Origin: Octopus vulgaris
Taxonomy: Eukaryota
DNA length: 64,000 nucleotides
Direction: 5' to 3'
Assembly: GCA_951406725.2 (NCBI GenBank)
Contig: OX597837.1
Coordinates: 45,570,001-45,634,000 of the forward strand
In this document: one piece after another, positions 41,052 through 53,982 of the stretch
Numbering within the stretch: position 1 is the stretch's first letter
How the letters are laid out: every line of letters starts with the position of its first letter
Program-made: the position numbers and the translations under genes
The notes under the pieces: generated by a model
The model's input: the letters and a program-made list of their open reading frames with translations, nothing else
Told to the model about the DNA's origin: nothing
Database searches by the model: none

Positions 41052-41276
41052 TTGTCAAATTCTTTCCAGCTTTGCTCAGATTCAGATGCATCTACTTTGT
41101 CTTTAGCAAACGCTTTATCAGCAGATCTCTTTGGAGATGGTAATGTCCTGGAATCTTCCGTAGGTTTCTTGCAGTCGATGAGGCATTCTAGAACTTTTTC
41201 ATGCATTGGTGATGTTTCTGAATAGCATCGGATCAAAGTTTCAAGTTCATTCCAAAACTGGCGGTACTGTTCCTCC
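41052..41276 (-). CDS. INTS13: INTS13 internal exon, phase 2/2, 225 nt
   Basis: Acceptor ttttacccccag|G and donor GACAA|gtaagt. Translates EEQYRQFWNELETLIRCYSETSPMHEKVLECLIDCKKP...SEQSWKEFDK, against recalled human DEQYRIMWNELETLVRAHINNSEKHQRVLECLMACR. In frame with the 54312 exon. Confidence 0.95.
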
Positions 41277-41496
41277 CTGGGGGTAAAACAAAAGAAAGAG
41301 TTTTGGTGATAAAGCTGACATGGAGCAGAGGGTGTGTGTCATGGAAGGAATGTGTATGGAATGAGATAATTGGGAATGGCTTTTTGAATGCAGGTGATCT
41401 GGCGTGGCTGACTGGATGTTGATCTATTTTGGTGGCAGTACTTTTTGGCACTGAAGGCAAACACTCTCACACACAAGCAGAAAATATACATATACA

Positions 41497-41922
41497 TAGG
41501 CGCAGGTGTGGCTGTGTGGTAAGAAGCTTGGTTCTCAACCACATGGTGTCGGGTTCAGTCTCATTGCATGGAACCTTAGGCAAGTGTCTTCTACTATAGC
41601 CTCGGGCTGACCAAAGCCTTGTGAGTGGATTTGGTACACAGAAACTGAAAGAAGTTTGTTGTAAATACATGTGTGTGTGTGTGTGGTGTGTGTGTTTGTG
41701 TGTGTGTGTGTGTGTGTGCATGTGTGTACATGTGTGTGTGTGTGTGTTTGTTCCCCAGTGTTGGTGTCTTTACATCTCCATAACTTAACTGTTCAGTAAG
41801 AGACTGACAGAATAAGTACTAGACATAAGAAATAAGTCCTGGGGTTGATTTGTTTGACTGAAACCTTGCAAGGCGGTGCCCCAGCATGACTGCAGTCAAA
41901 TGACTGAAACAAGTAAAGAAAT
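41497..41922 (+). mobile_element. SINE family A copy
   Basis: ggcgcaggtgtggctgtgtggtaag...gaaacaagtaaag. Confidence 0.82.
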
Positions 41923-42021
41923 AATACAGAGAGAGAGAGAGAGAGGAGAATGAGGAGGAGCAGAGAGAAAGATATTGCAGTTTCTTAATTGAACGATACT
42001 CAAACCACTGAGTCACACACC

Positions 42022-42059
<38 letters not shown>

Positions 42060-42159
42060 AGTTCAGCAAAATTTAGATTCAGATGAATATTGTACTTAAG
42101 TTAAAGGCAACAGAATTTTGTATGGTATTATCCATATAAATCAAATGGGGTGATTATAG

Positions 42160-42344
42160 TCAAAATAAGCAACAAGGATATCCAAGGTAGAGTAGTACAA
42201 TCGTTTCATGCCACTTCATTTAATTAAACCCTTTAAGTATTACATCAGTTTTAAAACTGATGTAATACTTACAGTGTTTAATAAAATGAAGTAGCATGAA
42301 ACGATTGTACCACTCTACCTTGGATATCCTTGTTGCTTATTTTG

Positions 42345-42345
<1 letters not shown>
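42160..42345. repeat. Fold-back (palindromic) element between (TA)n tracts, with hammerhead-like arms
   Basis: Two ~90-bp arms centred on catcagttttaaaactgatg. Each arm carries ctgatg...gcatgaaacgattgtac. A single arm recurs at 2722-2794. Confidence 0.8.
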
Positions 42346-42392
<47 letters not shown>

Positions 42393-42837
42393 CTAAGTAC
42401 AAAATGTGGGTTGGTAGGCATGCTTATGTCAAAGAGATTTATAAGCAAATGTCCGGGTAGAGATGCATGTGAAATATATGATATATGTATGGAGAAAGGT
42501 TGAAAACGGGATGGTGACGTGAGCAGAGCAGAAAATGGAAGGGTGAGGACAGGAGTCGATAAAGAGTTAAAGAGCAGTAAATAAGAATAAAGAATTTTTA
42601 AGACAGGAATCGATGGAGAGAAGATATGATGGCAGGGAACAGAGAGTTAACGTAAGGATCGATGATGTGGTGATATGGTATGACATCAATCAGAGAGAGA
42701 GAGAATCAGGTGTGTGTGTATGTATATATGTATATGCTTGTATAGACACAAACATATACACAGAGCAGTAGTGGAGAGATACACAAATGTACATGAGTTT
42801 GCAAAGAGATAGACAGATGTGTATATATGTATATGTA

Positions 42838-42869
<32 letters not shown>

Positions 42870-43021
42870 CATACATACATACATACATGCATGCATGCAT
42901 ACATACACACATACATATATATATATATATATGACAAACTGATGAAGATAGATAGATAGATAGATAGAAAGATAGATAGATAGGTAGACAGACAGACAGA
43001 GATAGACAGATATATATTTAT

Positions 43022-43055
<34 letters not shown>

Positions 43056-43194
43056 GACAAACTGATGAAGATAGATAGATAATAGATAGATAGACAGACA
43101 GATAGATTGACAGATGGATGGATGGATGGATGGATTGATAGATAGATAGATAGATAGATAGACAGACTACCAGACAGACAAACAGAGAGAGACA

Positions 43195-43249
<55 letters not shown>

Positions 43250-43644
43250 GAGAGACAGACAGACAGACAGATATATAGAGAGATAGAGAGACCAAGGAAC
43301 ATAGATTAACAGAAACACGGTGATATATATAGTAACAGAGAGAGAGACAGAGAGCTAAATAGGTAAATAGCTAGTCCTAAAGATAGACAGATAGGTACGC
43401 AGGAAGATATATAGGTAGGTAAAAGGTAACTAAGTAGATATCTAAACTACTATATTGAACAGCGAGCCAGTTCAATGATCTATCACTCAGCTACAAGTTA
43501 CTTAAGATGGCAATCGATCGATCAATACGGAATTCGGAGTCCTGTAAAGGAGGCTGCCTGGTAATATGACAACGGAATGCTGAAATCAGCGAAAAAGTGG
43601 AATTTAGTGAGCAAAGATGAGGAATAATACCGACAGCAGAAGCA

Positions 43645-44112
43645 GTAGTGGCGATGGTGATGGTGATGGTGATGGTGGTGGTGGTGGTGGTGGTGGTGGT
43701 GGTGGTGGTGGTGGTGGTGGTGGTAGTGGTAATTGTAGAGGTGGTAGTAGTGGTGGTAGTGGTGGTGGTGGTGGTGGTTGAGGTGGTGGTAGTGGTGGTG
43801 GTGGTGGTGGTGGTGGTGGTGGTGGTTGTAGAGGTGGTAGTAGTGGTGGTGGTGGTGGTGGTAATTGTAGAGGTGGTAGTAGTGGTGGTGGTGGTGGTAG
43901 TGGTAATTGTAGAGGTGGTAGTAGTGGTGGTGGTGGTGGTGGTGGTAGTGGTAATTGTAGAGGTGGTGGTGGTGGTGGTAGTAGTGGTGGTGGTGGTGGT
44001 AGTACTGGTGGTGGTAGTAATAGTAGTACTGGTGGTGGTGGTGGTGGTGGTTGTAGAAGCAGCAATGGTGGTGGTGGTGGTGGTGGTGGTGGTGGTGGTG
44101 GTGGTGGTGGTA
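43645..44112. repeat. (GGT)n array with recurring gtaattgtagag
   Basis: Seen directly. Confidence 0.92.
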
Positions 44113-44519
44113 GTTATTTAATTCCAGGCAATTCCTGACTGGACAGACTTTACAGATCAATGGCAATCCAGCTATGACCATCCCCTCCATTTTCGCGAAT
44201 GTGGGACTACTACACTGCATTGCATGTACCCAATGTGTCCATCCCGTAATACTGACAAAAGCAGGATATGTGATTTGAAGGAGATTTGACTGCTATTTCT
44301 TGCATAGCAGGTCAAAATCACATAGAGGATTCCCTATTATTACTATTACTATTATTAATTTTATTTTTTACTTTTAATCTGCGTGTGTGTTACAATTACT
44401 AGCCAAGACACACCCAACATCCTGGGGCGAGTGAAGGATAAGAGATGTTACATTATGACTGAAAGCCTGGGGAGGGGAAGTAGCGAAATATCTTCATGTA
44501 ATACAACATAAACATTTGA

Positions 44520-44665
44520 ATGGATAGGGTTTTTCTAAGGATGTGGGCAGAACTTGTCAACAACAAAATCTTTTGGATTTCTCTGAGACATGGTTCTCCT
44601 GAGATCTTATCTAGATGTTTATGACATCCCTTTTTTTATCATACCAAGGGTACCTAAAATAACAG
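44520..44665 (-). mobile_element. 3' end fragment of the same R4/Dong-like family
   Basis: Minus strand reads ILGTLGMIKKGCHKHLDKISGEPCLREIQKILLLTSSAHILRKTLSI, homologous to 10960-11075. Confidence 0.7.
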
Positions 44666-44913
44666 GAACAGTTCTTGCTTTAAGAACACTTACAAAAATC
44701 AGCATTGCTTGGCACTGCAAGAATTCTTTGCCCAGGTTCTTGAAGCATCACCAGTAAACAAGTGTCACCTTAGTCTGCTGACTGTGGACAGCTGACACTT
44801 TCCATTATACCCAGCAAATAAGTACCAGTTGAGTACTGGGGTCAATGTAATCGGCTTAGCCCCTTCCCTGAAATTATTGGCCTTGTGCCAAAATTTGCAA
44901 CCAATTTGCAACC

Positions 44914-45118
44914 AGGCGCAAGAGTGGCTGTGTGGTAAGTAGCTTGTCTACAAACCACATGGTTCCGGGTTCAGTCCCACTGCGTGGCACCTTGGACAAG
45001 TGTCTTCTACTATAGCCTCGGGCCGACCAAAGCCTTGTGAGTGGATTTGGTAGACAGAAACTGAAAGAAGCCCGTCGTATATATGCGGGTGGCACGTATA
45101 AGCACCCACTACACTCAG

Positions 45119-45172
<54 letters not shown>

Positions 45173-45398
45173 TGTGTATGTTTGTGTGTCTGTGTTTGTC
45201 CCCCTAGCATCGCTTGACAACCGATGCTGGTGTGTTTATGTCCTCGTTATCTAGCGGTTCAGCAAAAGAGACTGATAGAATAAGTACTGGGCTTACAAAA
45301 GAATAAGTCCCGGGGTCAATTTGCTCAACTAAAGGCAGTGCTCCAGCATGGCCGTAGTCAAATGACTGATACAAGTAAAAGAGTAAAAGAGAGAAAAG
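44914..45398 (+). mobile_element. tRNA-derived SINE family A, full-length type copy
   Basis: A-box gtggctgtgtggtaag, B-box gggttcagtccc, internal (TA)n/(TG)n and tail gaaacaagtaaaagag-like. Many copies in the window. Confidence 0.85.
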
Positions 45399-45609
45399 AG
45401 TAATATACAAATTGGTCTATCCAGTAGTGAAGGCACATGGCTCAGTGGTTAGAGCATCAGGCTTACAGCATGAGGTTGTGAGTTCAATTCCCGAACTGGG
45501 CTGTGTGCTGTGTTCTTGAGCAAGACCCTTTATTTCATGTTGCTCCAGTTCACCCAGCTGTAGAAATGAGTTGAAACATCACAGGTGCTAAGCTGTATCG
45601 GCCCCTGTT

Positions 45610-46530
45610 CGAAGGCTTCTGACATTGATAAACAACTAGAAGTTAATCCAAGAATGTGTGTTACATATTTGCATAAGCTCTGATATTATGGACGAGCAGC
45701 TAGAAGAAAACCTCTCCTTCAACCAATTAATATCATGAAAAGAAAGAAATGGGTGAAGGAGATGTCAGAAAAATCCAATTCATTTTGGGAGAGAGTGATT
45801 TTCTCAGATGAATCCAGATTTGCATTATTTTCAGAGAGTGGACGTGTTTGGGTCTGGAGGCTTCCTAGTCAAGAATTTGATTTGAAATGACTCCAACCAA
45901 CTGTGAAACATAGTGGTATCTCTGCAATGGTATGGGGAGCTGGCAGAAACATTAGCACGCCGGGCAAAATGCTTAACAGTATTTCGTCTGCCGCTACATT
46001 CTGAGTTCAAATACCGCCGAGGTCGACTTTGCCTTTCATCCTTTCGGGGTCGATTAAATAAGTACCAGTAACGCACTGGGGTCAATATAATCAACTTAAT
46101 CCGTTTGTCTGTCCTCGTTTGTCCCCTCTGTGTTTAGCCCCTTGTGGGTAGTAAAGAAATAGGTATGGGGAGCGGTCATCAGCAATGGTCGTTCTGAGCT
46201 GATCAAATGTGTTGGAACCATAAACTCTGAAAAATACTTCGAAAAACTTAAGCAAGGAATACTTCCGATGTATTCACACGATGACATAATGAAAAATGAG
46301 TTTTTATTCATGGAAGATGAGGTTCCATGCCACACAGCGAAAAGGAATCAACAATGGCTGATTGAAAATGGGATCAAAAAGCTTCCTTGGCCAAGCCAAT
46401 CTCCTGACATGAACCCAATTGAAAATCTTTGGAGCATGCAAGATGGAGTTATACGAAAAACTCAACAGAAACCTAAAGCTAAAGATGAATAGTTTCGATT
46501 GGTGCATGAAAAGTGAGCAGAAATTCCACA
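45610..46530 (+). mobile_element. Tc1-family (DD34E) transposase relic interrupted by a SINE
   Basis: ARRKPLL...[12 protein letters not shown]...GRVWVWR...PTVKH...MVWG [SINE] VWGAV...FMEDEVPCH...WPSQSPDMNPIENLW, with an internal stop. Confidence 0.9.
45941..46161 (+). mobile_element. SINE family B inserted in the Tc1 transposase, 12-bp TSD
   Basis: ggtatggggagc at 45929-45940 and 46162-46173. Confidence 0.88.
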
Positions 46531-47148
46531 AGTGTTGGTGATAGCAGTTGTAATAGTGGTGTTGGTAGAAATAGTGGTGATGGTATTAATGATGGTAGTG
46601 GTGATGGTGCTAGTAGTAGTGGTAGTAGTAGTAGTAGTAGTTTTGTTGTTGCAGTAGTGGTGGTGGCAGTAGTGGTGTTGGTTGCAGTAGTGGTGGTAGT
46701 AGAAGTGGTGGTGGTGGTGGTGGTGGTAGGGTTATTAGTAGTGGTGGTATGAGTAATGATAGTAGTAGTAGTAGTAGTAGTAGTTGTTGTTGTTGCAGTA
46801 GTGGTGGTGACAGTAGTGGGGTTGGTTGCAGTAGTGGTGATAGTAGAAGTGATGGTGGTGGTGGTGGTAGGGTTAGTAGTAGTGGTGGTGGTATGAGTAA
46901 TGATAGTAGTAGTAGTAGGAGGAGGAGGATGTGGAGGAGGAGGAGGAAGGGGAATCTATTCATGCACCCCGCTACCCCCCCACTTCCCAAATCTTAAAAG
47001 TGATCACATATTCTTTATTGACCTCTTGACTTTTTTCAAGATAACATTCTCTCTGCACTAACAACCGACATTCATTCACAGGTCTGCACTTTTAGAAAAA
47101 CACATGCAATACATATACACATGCACACATACAATGCACACATAAATA

Positions 47149-47194
<46 letters not shown>

Positions 47195-47348
47195 CATATA
47201 TACATACATACATACCTTTATTATAATTATATATAATTTTTACATACATACATATATATATATATACATACACACATACACACACACATATATGTATATA
47301 TATACAGTATATGCAGGTGTTGAGAAATATGGATGGTGCATGTGTGCA

Positions 47349-47383
<35 letters not shown>

Positions 47384-47454
47384 GTATATATAATTGTATA
47401 TGAATATATATGCATAAGGGGATCTATGTATATACTAAATATGTGTGTATGCAT

Positions 47455-47489
<35 letters not shown>

Positions 47490-47752
47490 AACGTGTATAT
47501 ATACCCATGTTTCTGTATATACATGTGTGTGTGTGCATGCTTGCATGTATACACAAACATATATGTACATAAATATATATACTGAAATGTATGAATACAC
47601 ACATTCCTATGTACATATGTGAGTATATATAGACATATATATTACTATTTTTAATATGTATATGTGTGTGTGTGTATGTGCATGTGTGTGTGTGCATGTG
47701 TACATATCTAAAATCACACACATAAGTACACAAACATACTTTAATAGAGTTA

Positions 47753-47801
47753 GAATTCCAAATTACAGTTTCGTGGCTGCAGGACACATCATCAGGTATT
47801 C
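47753..47801 (-). ncRNA. Degenerate hammerhead motif
   Basis: gaatac-ctgatga-t-gtg...cac-gaaa-ctgtaattt-ggaattc; stem III is imperfect. A partial second copy of aatacctgatg lies at about 47900-47911. Confidence 0.4.
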
Positions 47802-48104
47802 GGAGACAGAGTGGAGAAAATTTAAAAAGTAATTTAAAATAGCTTCACGCATTCATTGGTCAATTCAGTTCATGTGGTTTTCTTATGCTACTGAAACAGC
47901 ATCAGGTATTCTATTTTATTAAGTCCACCTGTTGCAAACAGAATGGTAGCACCACGTTTCTGGCACTCTACTGATTAATATATGCAACAACACCACGGCA
48001 AGGTAAGCAAGACGCCAGCCTCAATCAGTCACTCAGTTATTGTTCTGTAGAGTGTGAATATTGAAACAAATACAGATGTGTATATATATATATGTATATA
48101 TATA

Positions 48105-48428
48105 TGGAGGCGCAATGGCCCAATGGTTAGGGCAGCGGACTTGTGGTTGTAGGATCGTGGTTTCGATTCCCAGACCAGGCGTTGTGAGTGTTTATTGAGC
48201 AAAAACAGCTATAGCTCCACAAGGTTCTGGCAGGGGATGGTGGCGTTCCCTGCTGTACTCCTTCGCCGCAACTTTCTCTCACTCTTTCTTCTCTTTGCCT
48301 GCTCACTTAGCCAGCGGGGTGGCAATATTTGACTAAAACAATGCGAAGTGCATTGTGACCCAATGCGAAGTGCATTGTGACCAGCGATGTGTAGCAACAT
48401 CTGATAGCCTGGTCGGTCACGTGATCAC
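48105..48428 (+). mobile_element. tRNA-derived SINE (further family) between (TA)n tracts
   Basis: A-box tggcccaatggttagg and B-box ggtttcgattcc. Internal duplication of caatgcgaagtgcattgtgacc. Confidence 0.7.
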
Positions 48429-48429
48429 A

Positions 48430-48462
<33 letters not shown>

Positions 48463-48465
<3 letters not shown>

Positions 48466-49732
48466 GTGTGGTGAATAAATTGTCGTCTAAATTACGCAAA
48501 AATGAAAATAACACTGACATCTCATTTTAATGGATATATTTACCAAAATTACATGAAAATATCTTGAAATACTAAAGAGTAAATTTATTCAATAAAATCG
48601 CCATTGGCTTCAACCACAGCCTCCAGATGACTTCGGAATCTCCTGCAACTCTTCTGGGCAGTCTCCTTATTTACGTTGCTGAATGTTGCCATAATTGTTA
48701 CCTTCCATTCATCTTTGGTGTCACAAAGAGTTTTGTTGGTCTCTCACTCAACTGTGCCCCACACATAATAATCAAGGGGGTTGCAGTCTGGGGAGTTAGG
48801 TGGCCAGGTGTTATGCGTGGTGTGGTCACAGAAATTGTCTGACAGCCATGACTGTGTTCTCGTACTCTTGTGGCATGGTGCAGAGTCCTGTTGCCAGAGA
48901 TAGGGTCTTCCAGCAGCCACCCTCTTGACCCAGGATAGCAATGCCTTCTCCATGCTATTGATGTAGACCTCTGTGGTGAGTCTGAGGAAAGACGAATGGA
49001 GGCATAATGTCACTATCAGTAGTGATCACTCCAACTACCATGATGTTGGCTGGATGTTTGATTTTTATCACTCTCGGTACATGTTTTGGGGACATGGCAA
49101 TCCAACAGTTGTTTTGTGTGTTCACCATCTGATCCTGTCAGAAATTTTTTTCGTCTGAGAAAAACCGTTTCAGTTTGTTCAAAAGCTTTGTAGCATTGTT
49201 TTTCCTCTTATCCTTGATGGATTGAGATAAAAATTGGCCCTTTCTCATCTCGTATGAGGAACACCGAATGTCTTCATGGACTACCTGCTTGATAAGAAAC
49301 TCAGACACTGCCATGTCCCTGACGATGGACCTGATTGACTTGGAGGGATCGTTGTCAATCATGGCCTGGATCTCACCAACAAATTCAGGAGTTCTTGTCT
49401 TATCAGAACAATCAGAGTGAGTTTTCCAAGTTGCTACACCTTCGTAATCACCATTAGATCCATCCAGTTCTTTCTGAATCCTCTGCACTTTCTTTAGATT
49501 GACAGCCAAACACTCTGAGATGTTCATATCAGAGCTTCTGGCATGAATGCTAAGCAGTACAGTATGTTGTTTCCAAATTTCTGGCAGAGTGAATTGTGTC
49601 ATGGTGCTGTCTTACTCACAGATGGTGCCCAACTGACCCTACTATACTGTGTAGTTGACAAAATCAAAACAGACAATGAGCATGTGTGAAATTAAAAATA
49701 TAGAACAGCGACAATTTACCCATCGTACCCTG
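48463..49732 (-). mobile_element. Near full-length decayed maT-type (DD37D) Tc1/mariner transposon
   Basis: TA-flanked imperfect TIRs (caggtgtggtgaataaattgtcg / cgacaatttacccatcgtaccctg). ORF pieces FFSDEKNF and WQQDSAPCH...WPPNSPDCNPLDYYVWG, with 37 residues between the second and third Asp. Frameshifted. Confidence 0.9.
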
Positions 49733-50219
49733 TATATATATATACACACATAAATCCACATATCCATACATACACCTATACACAATTCTGTACATATGCA
49801 TACATATACATGCATACACACACATATACATACATGTACATCAACACACACATACATATACATTATATGGGTGCATGTATGTATAAACACACACATGTAC
49901 ATATAAATACACACATGCATACGCACACACACACATACACTCAAACACATAAATAGCCTTAGAGTCAAACACGTGTGGCACAGACTGTTTGACATATGCA
50001 CACACAAACATCAAAGTACAACTAGTACACAATAACACAGACAAAAATGCACACACACACGCACACACACACATACACACACACACACACACACAAAGAG
50101 GCATGAAGGGGAAGGATGTCTATTAGAGGTGATATTCAGAGAAAACTTTTCAAAGTCTTACCTTGTCTGAATATAACCTTAATTGAGAGAAGTAAAGGTG
50201 TATTATGTCGGCAACAGTG

Positions 50220-50600
50220 GAGGATGATGGCAATGATGGTGATGATGATGAGGATATTGGTGATGGTGATGAAGATGATGGTGGTGATGATGATGAGGAT
50301 GTTGGTGATGGTGATATTGATGATGGTGATGTTCGTGATGGTGATATTGATGATGATGATGATGATGATGAGGAAGATGATGATGATGGTGATGATGATG
50401 ATGAAGATGATGACGATGGTGATGATGGTGAAGATGATGATGGTGATGATGATGATGTTGGTGATGATGGTGATGATGATGAAGATGATGATGACGGTGA
50501 TGATGGTGGTGGCAATAGCAATGATGGGGATGATGAAGAAATTGATGACGGTGATGATGAAGATGTTGATGATGATGATCACAACCATCATCATCATCAT
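50220..50600. repeat. (GAT)n-rich array
   Basis: Seen directly. Confidence 0.9.
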
Positions 50601-50691
50601 CACAGTCTTTATCACCACCCTCCACCCCACCCCACCACTGCTATCCCACTCTCCACTCTTTCAACTGTTTTGCATAGACACGATAATACAC

Positions 50692-51292
50692 AGGCGCAGG
50701 AGCAGCTGTGTGGTAAGTAGCTTGCTTACAAACCACATGGTTCTGGGTTCAGTCCCACTGCGTGTCACCTTGGGAAAGTGTCTTCTACTATAGCCTTGGG
50801 CCAACAAAAGGCCTTGTGAGTGGATTTGGTAGACGGAAACTGAAAGAAGCCCGTAGTATATGTGTATATCATCATCATCGTTTAACATCCGCCTTCCATG
50901 CTAGCATGGGTTGGACGAATGACTGAGGGCTGGTGAACCAGATGGCTGCACCAGACTCCAATCTGATCTGGCAGTTTCTACAGCTGGATGCCCTTCCTAA
51001 CGCCAACCACTCCAAGAGTGTACAGGGTGTATATATATGTATATATATGTATGTGTGTGTATACGTTTGTGTGTCTGTGTCTATCCCCCCAACATCGCTT
51101 GACAACCGATGCTGGCGTGTTTGTGTCGCCGTAACTTAGTGGTTCGGCAAAAAGAGACCGACAGAATAAGTACAAGAAGCTTCCAAACGAATAAGTCCTG
51201 GGGTCGATTTGCTTGACTAAAGGCGGTGCTCCAGCATGGCCACAGTCAAAATGACTTGAAACAAGTAAAAGAGTAAAAAAGAGTAAAAAAGA
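50692..51292 (+). mobile_element. SINE family A with a nested family C insertion (about 50868-51027)
   Basis: Family A head and tail are separated by catcatcatcgtttaac...cctaacgccaaccactcc. Confidence 0.8.
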
Positions 51293-51654
51293 GTGATACA
51301 TGTCAATCTATTTTCTGCTCATATCTCAGAGGTTAGAACTTTCTTTTTCTTCTTCTTTTCTTCTTCTTCCCTTTGCCCCACCTTCACTCCACCCCCACCC
51401 TACTCCCCTCATCACCCCACCCCCCACCCTACCCATATTAATTTTAAATGAAGCAAAGATTTAATTACAAAATTAATCAGGAAGATTTATTTTCCTATAG
51501 TTTCCAACTCTTATGTATTTCCTTCCGCATTATATATTTTTTTTGTTTTTTTTTTTATTATTTTTCAAATTTCTTTTTTTTAAATTAATTATATTTATAA
51601 TCTTATCTTTAGCCAGAACGAAATTATAAAATATCTTCAAAATGCTTATGGGGG

Positions 51655-52205
51655 TTGTTTTGGTGGTGGTGGTCGTGGTGGTAGTGGTGGTGGTGGTAAT
51701 GGTTGTAGTGCTGGTCATGGTGATAATGGTTTTGGATGTGGTGGCAGTGGTTGTGGTGGTGTGGTAGTGGCAGTTGTGGTGTTGGTGGTTGTGTTGGTAG
51801 TGGTTTTGGTAGTGGTGTTGGTGGTGGTGGTGGATGCAGTGGTAGTGGGAGTGATGGTTGTAGTGCTGGTGATTGTGAAAATGGTTTTGGATGTGGTGAC
51901 GGTGGTAGTGGTGGTAGTGGTGGTATTGGTGGTTGTATTGGTAGTGGTGTTGGTGGTGGTGGTGGTAGTGGTTGTGGTGTTGGTAGTGGTGGTGGCAGTG
52001 GAAGTTGTTGAGAGGGTGGCTGGTGATGGCAATTGTGGCACTGGTGGTGGTGATGAAGGTTGTGGCTGTTGTAGTGGTGGTGCTAGTGGTATTGACGATG
52101 GTGGTGGTGGTGTGATGATGGTGAAGGTGATAGTGCTGATGTTCATAATGGCTGTGGTAGGGGTTGTAGTGGTTGTTATGGGGAAAGACACGGTAGTGGT
52201 GATAA

Positions 52206-52269
<64 letters not shown>

Positions 52270-52301
52270 GGTGGTATTATTATTATTATTATTATTATTA
52301 T

Positions 52302-52353
<52 letters not shown>

Positions 52354-52510
52354 CACTGTGATATTGGTAGTACTGTTTGTTATAGTTGGGGTAAAGATAG
52401 TCATGGTTGGTGTTGTTGTTGCTGCTGTAAATGTAGTTGTTTGTGGTGGTGGTGGTGGTGGTGGTGGTTACTGCAGCAATGTTTGTTATTGTTGTTGTTG
52501 TTGTTGTTGA
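51655..52510. repeat. (GGT/AGT/ATT)n compound trinucleotide array
   Basis: Seen directly. Confidence 0.9.
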
Positions 52511-52738
52511 TTTTGTTAATCTCAAATTAAAACATTAATCGTAGATTAGTTCCGTCTCTTCAACATTATCGATGATGTCTTTCCTTTCCTTTCCTTTCTT
52601 TTCTATGCCACAAGACATTCTCTATGCCTTGGCTCGACCTGCTAGGAATAGCAGCTAAATGCCCTTCGAATCATACATATCACAACCATCTCAGAAACAA
52701 ACAAAAAAACATACAATAAGGTGAATCTTCAAACATAA

Positions 52739-52785
<47 letters not shown>

Positions 52786-52823
52786 TGCATACATACGTAT
52801 ATATATATATATATATATAGATG

Positions 52824-52855
<32 letters not shown>

Positions 52856-52925
52856 CACATGTTCACTAGCATCGGTTGTCAAGCGATGTTGGGGGGACAA
52901 ACGCACACATACAAACATATACACA

Positions 52926-52962
<37 letters not shown>

Positions 52963-53810
52963 TCGTCATCGTTTAACGTCCGCTTTCCATGCTGGCATGG
53001 GTTGGACGATTTTGACTGAGGGCTGGCAAACCAGATGGCTGCACCAGGCTCCAATCTTGATTTGGCAGAGTTTCTATAACTGGATGCCCTTTCTAATGTC
53101 ATATACGATGAGCTTCTTTCAGTTTCTCTCTACCAAATCACAAGGCTTTGGTCGGCCTGAGGCTATAGTAGAAGACACTTGCCCAAGGTGCCACACAGTG
53201 GGACTGAACCCGGAACTATGTAGTTCGTAAGCAAGCTACTTACCATGCAGCCATTCCTACGTGTACTATAGAACTTTCAGCTTCTATACCCAGATTATAA
53301 ACTTACATTTATACCAATAATAATTGGTGTACTGAGATTTGTGAGTACACGCTTAAGTGGCAATTTGGATAAGCTAGGCTTTTCAGAAAAAGAAATCAAT
53401 CAGGTAACATGGACATTGCAAATATATTTAAGTGGAACAGTAAAAATATGCAAGACTTTCCACAAATTGAAAATGTGAATTTGTTTTTTGTTATCTACAT
53501 TCCAAAGATGGAGCTCTGTATCTTTGTAAGAAACCAGCTCCTTGTTTATAGGGGAACTTGAAATAATTCAAAAGAAAAGAAAACATGCACATATATACAC
53601 ACACATGCATATATATGCACAAACACACACACACACATATATATATATATACACACACAAACACATATATATTTATAGTTGTGCATGTGCACATGCAGAC
53701 TCATACACAAATGTATATCTATACGTACATATGCATACATACATAGAAAATATATATATATATATATATATATGCATATACACATACAAATACATTCATA
53801 TACACAGATG

Positions 53811-53853
<43 letters not shown>

Positions 53854-53942
53854 TAGGTAGCATATGAGTGGGTGTATATATATATACGTATATATAAATA
53901 TATATATATATATGCATAGATAGATAGATAGACAGATACATG

Positions 53943-53982
<40 letters not shown>

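Noticed and set aside
43522-44220. Poly-His / poly-Pro ORFs
   Set aside because: They come from a (GGT)n array, with no coding evidence.
44914-44990. tRNA-like A/B boxes (also at 13740-13806, 45432-45500 and 48105-48180)
   Set aside because: These are SINE heads continuing into repeat bodies with no complete cloverleaf, so they are not called as tRNA genes.
47227-47911. Two apparent branch-point plus CAG acceptors (about 47776 and 47890) as alternative exons
   Set aside because: The shared aatacctgatg is better explained as a hammerhead-element remnant, and the frames run into microsatellite or stop quickly.
50116-50793. Met/Asp/His-rich ORFs, superficially reflectin-like in Met content
   Set aside because: They come from a (GAT)n array and contain no reflectin M/FD(X)5MD motif with Tyr, Arg or Trp content.
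53400-53556. 51-codon phase-2 frame SPINKELVSYKDTELHLW...
   Set aside because: It depends on a rare AAG acceptor, which is too weak without reads. The same applies to the frame at 31053-30831.
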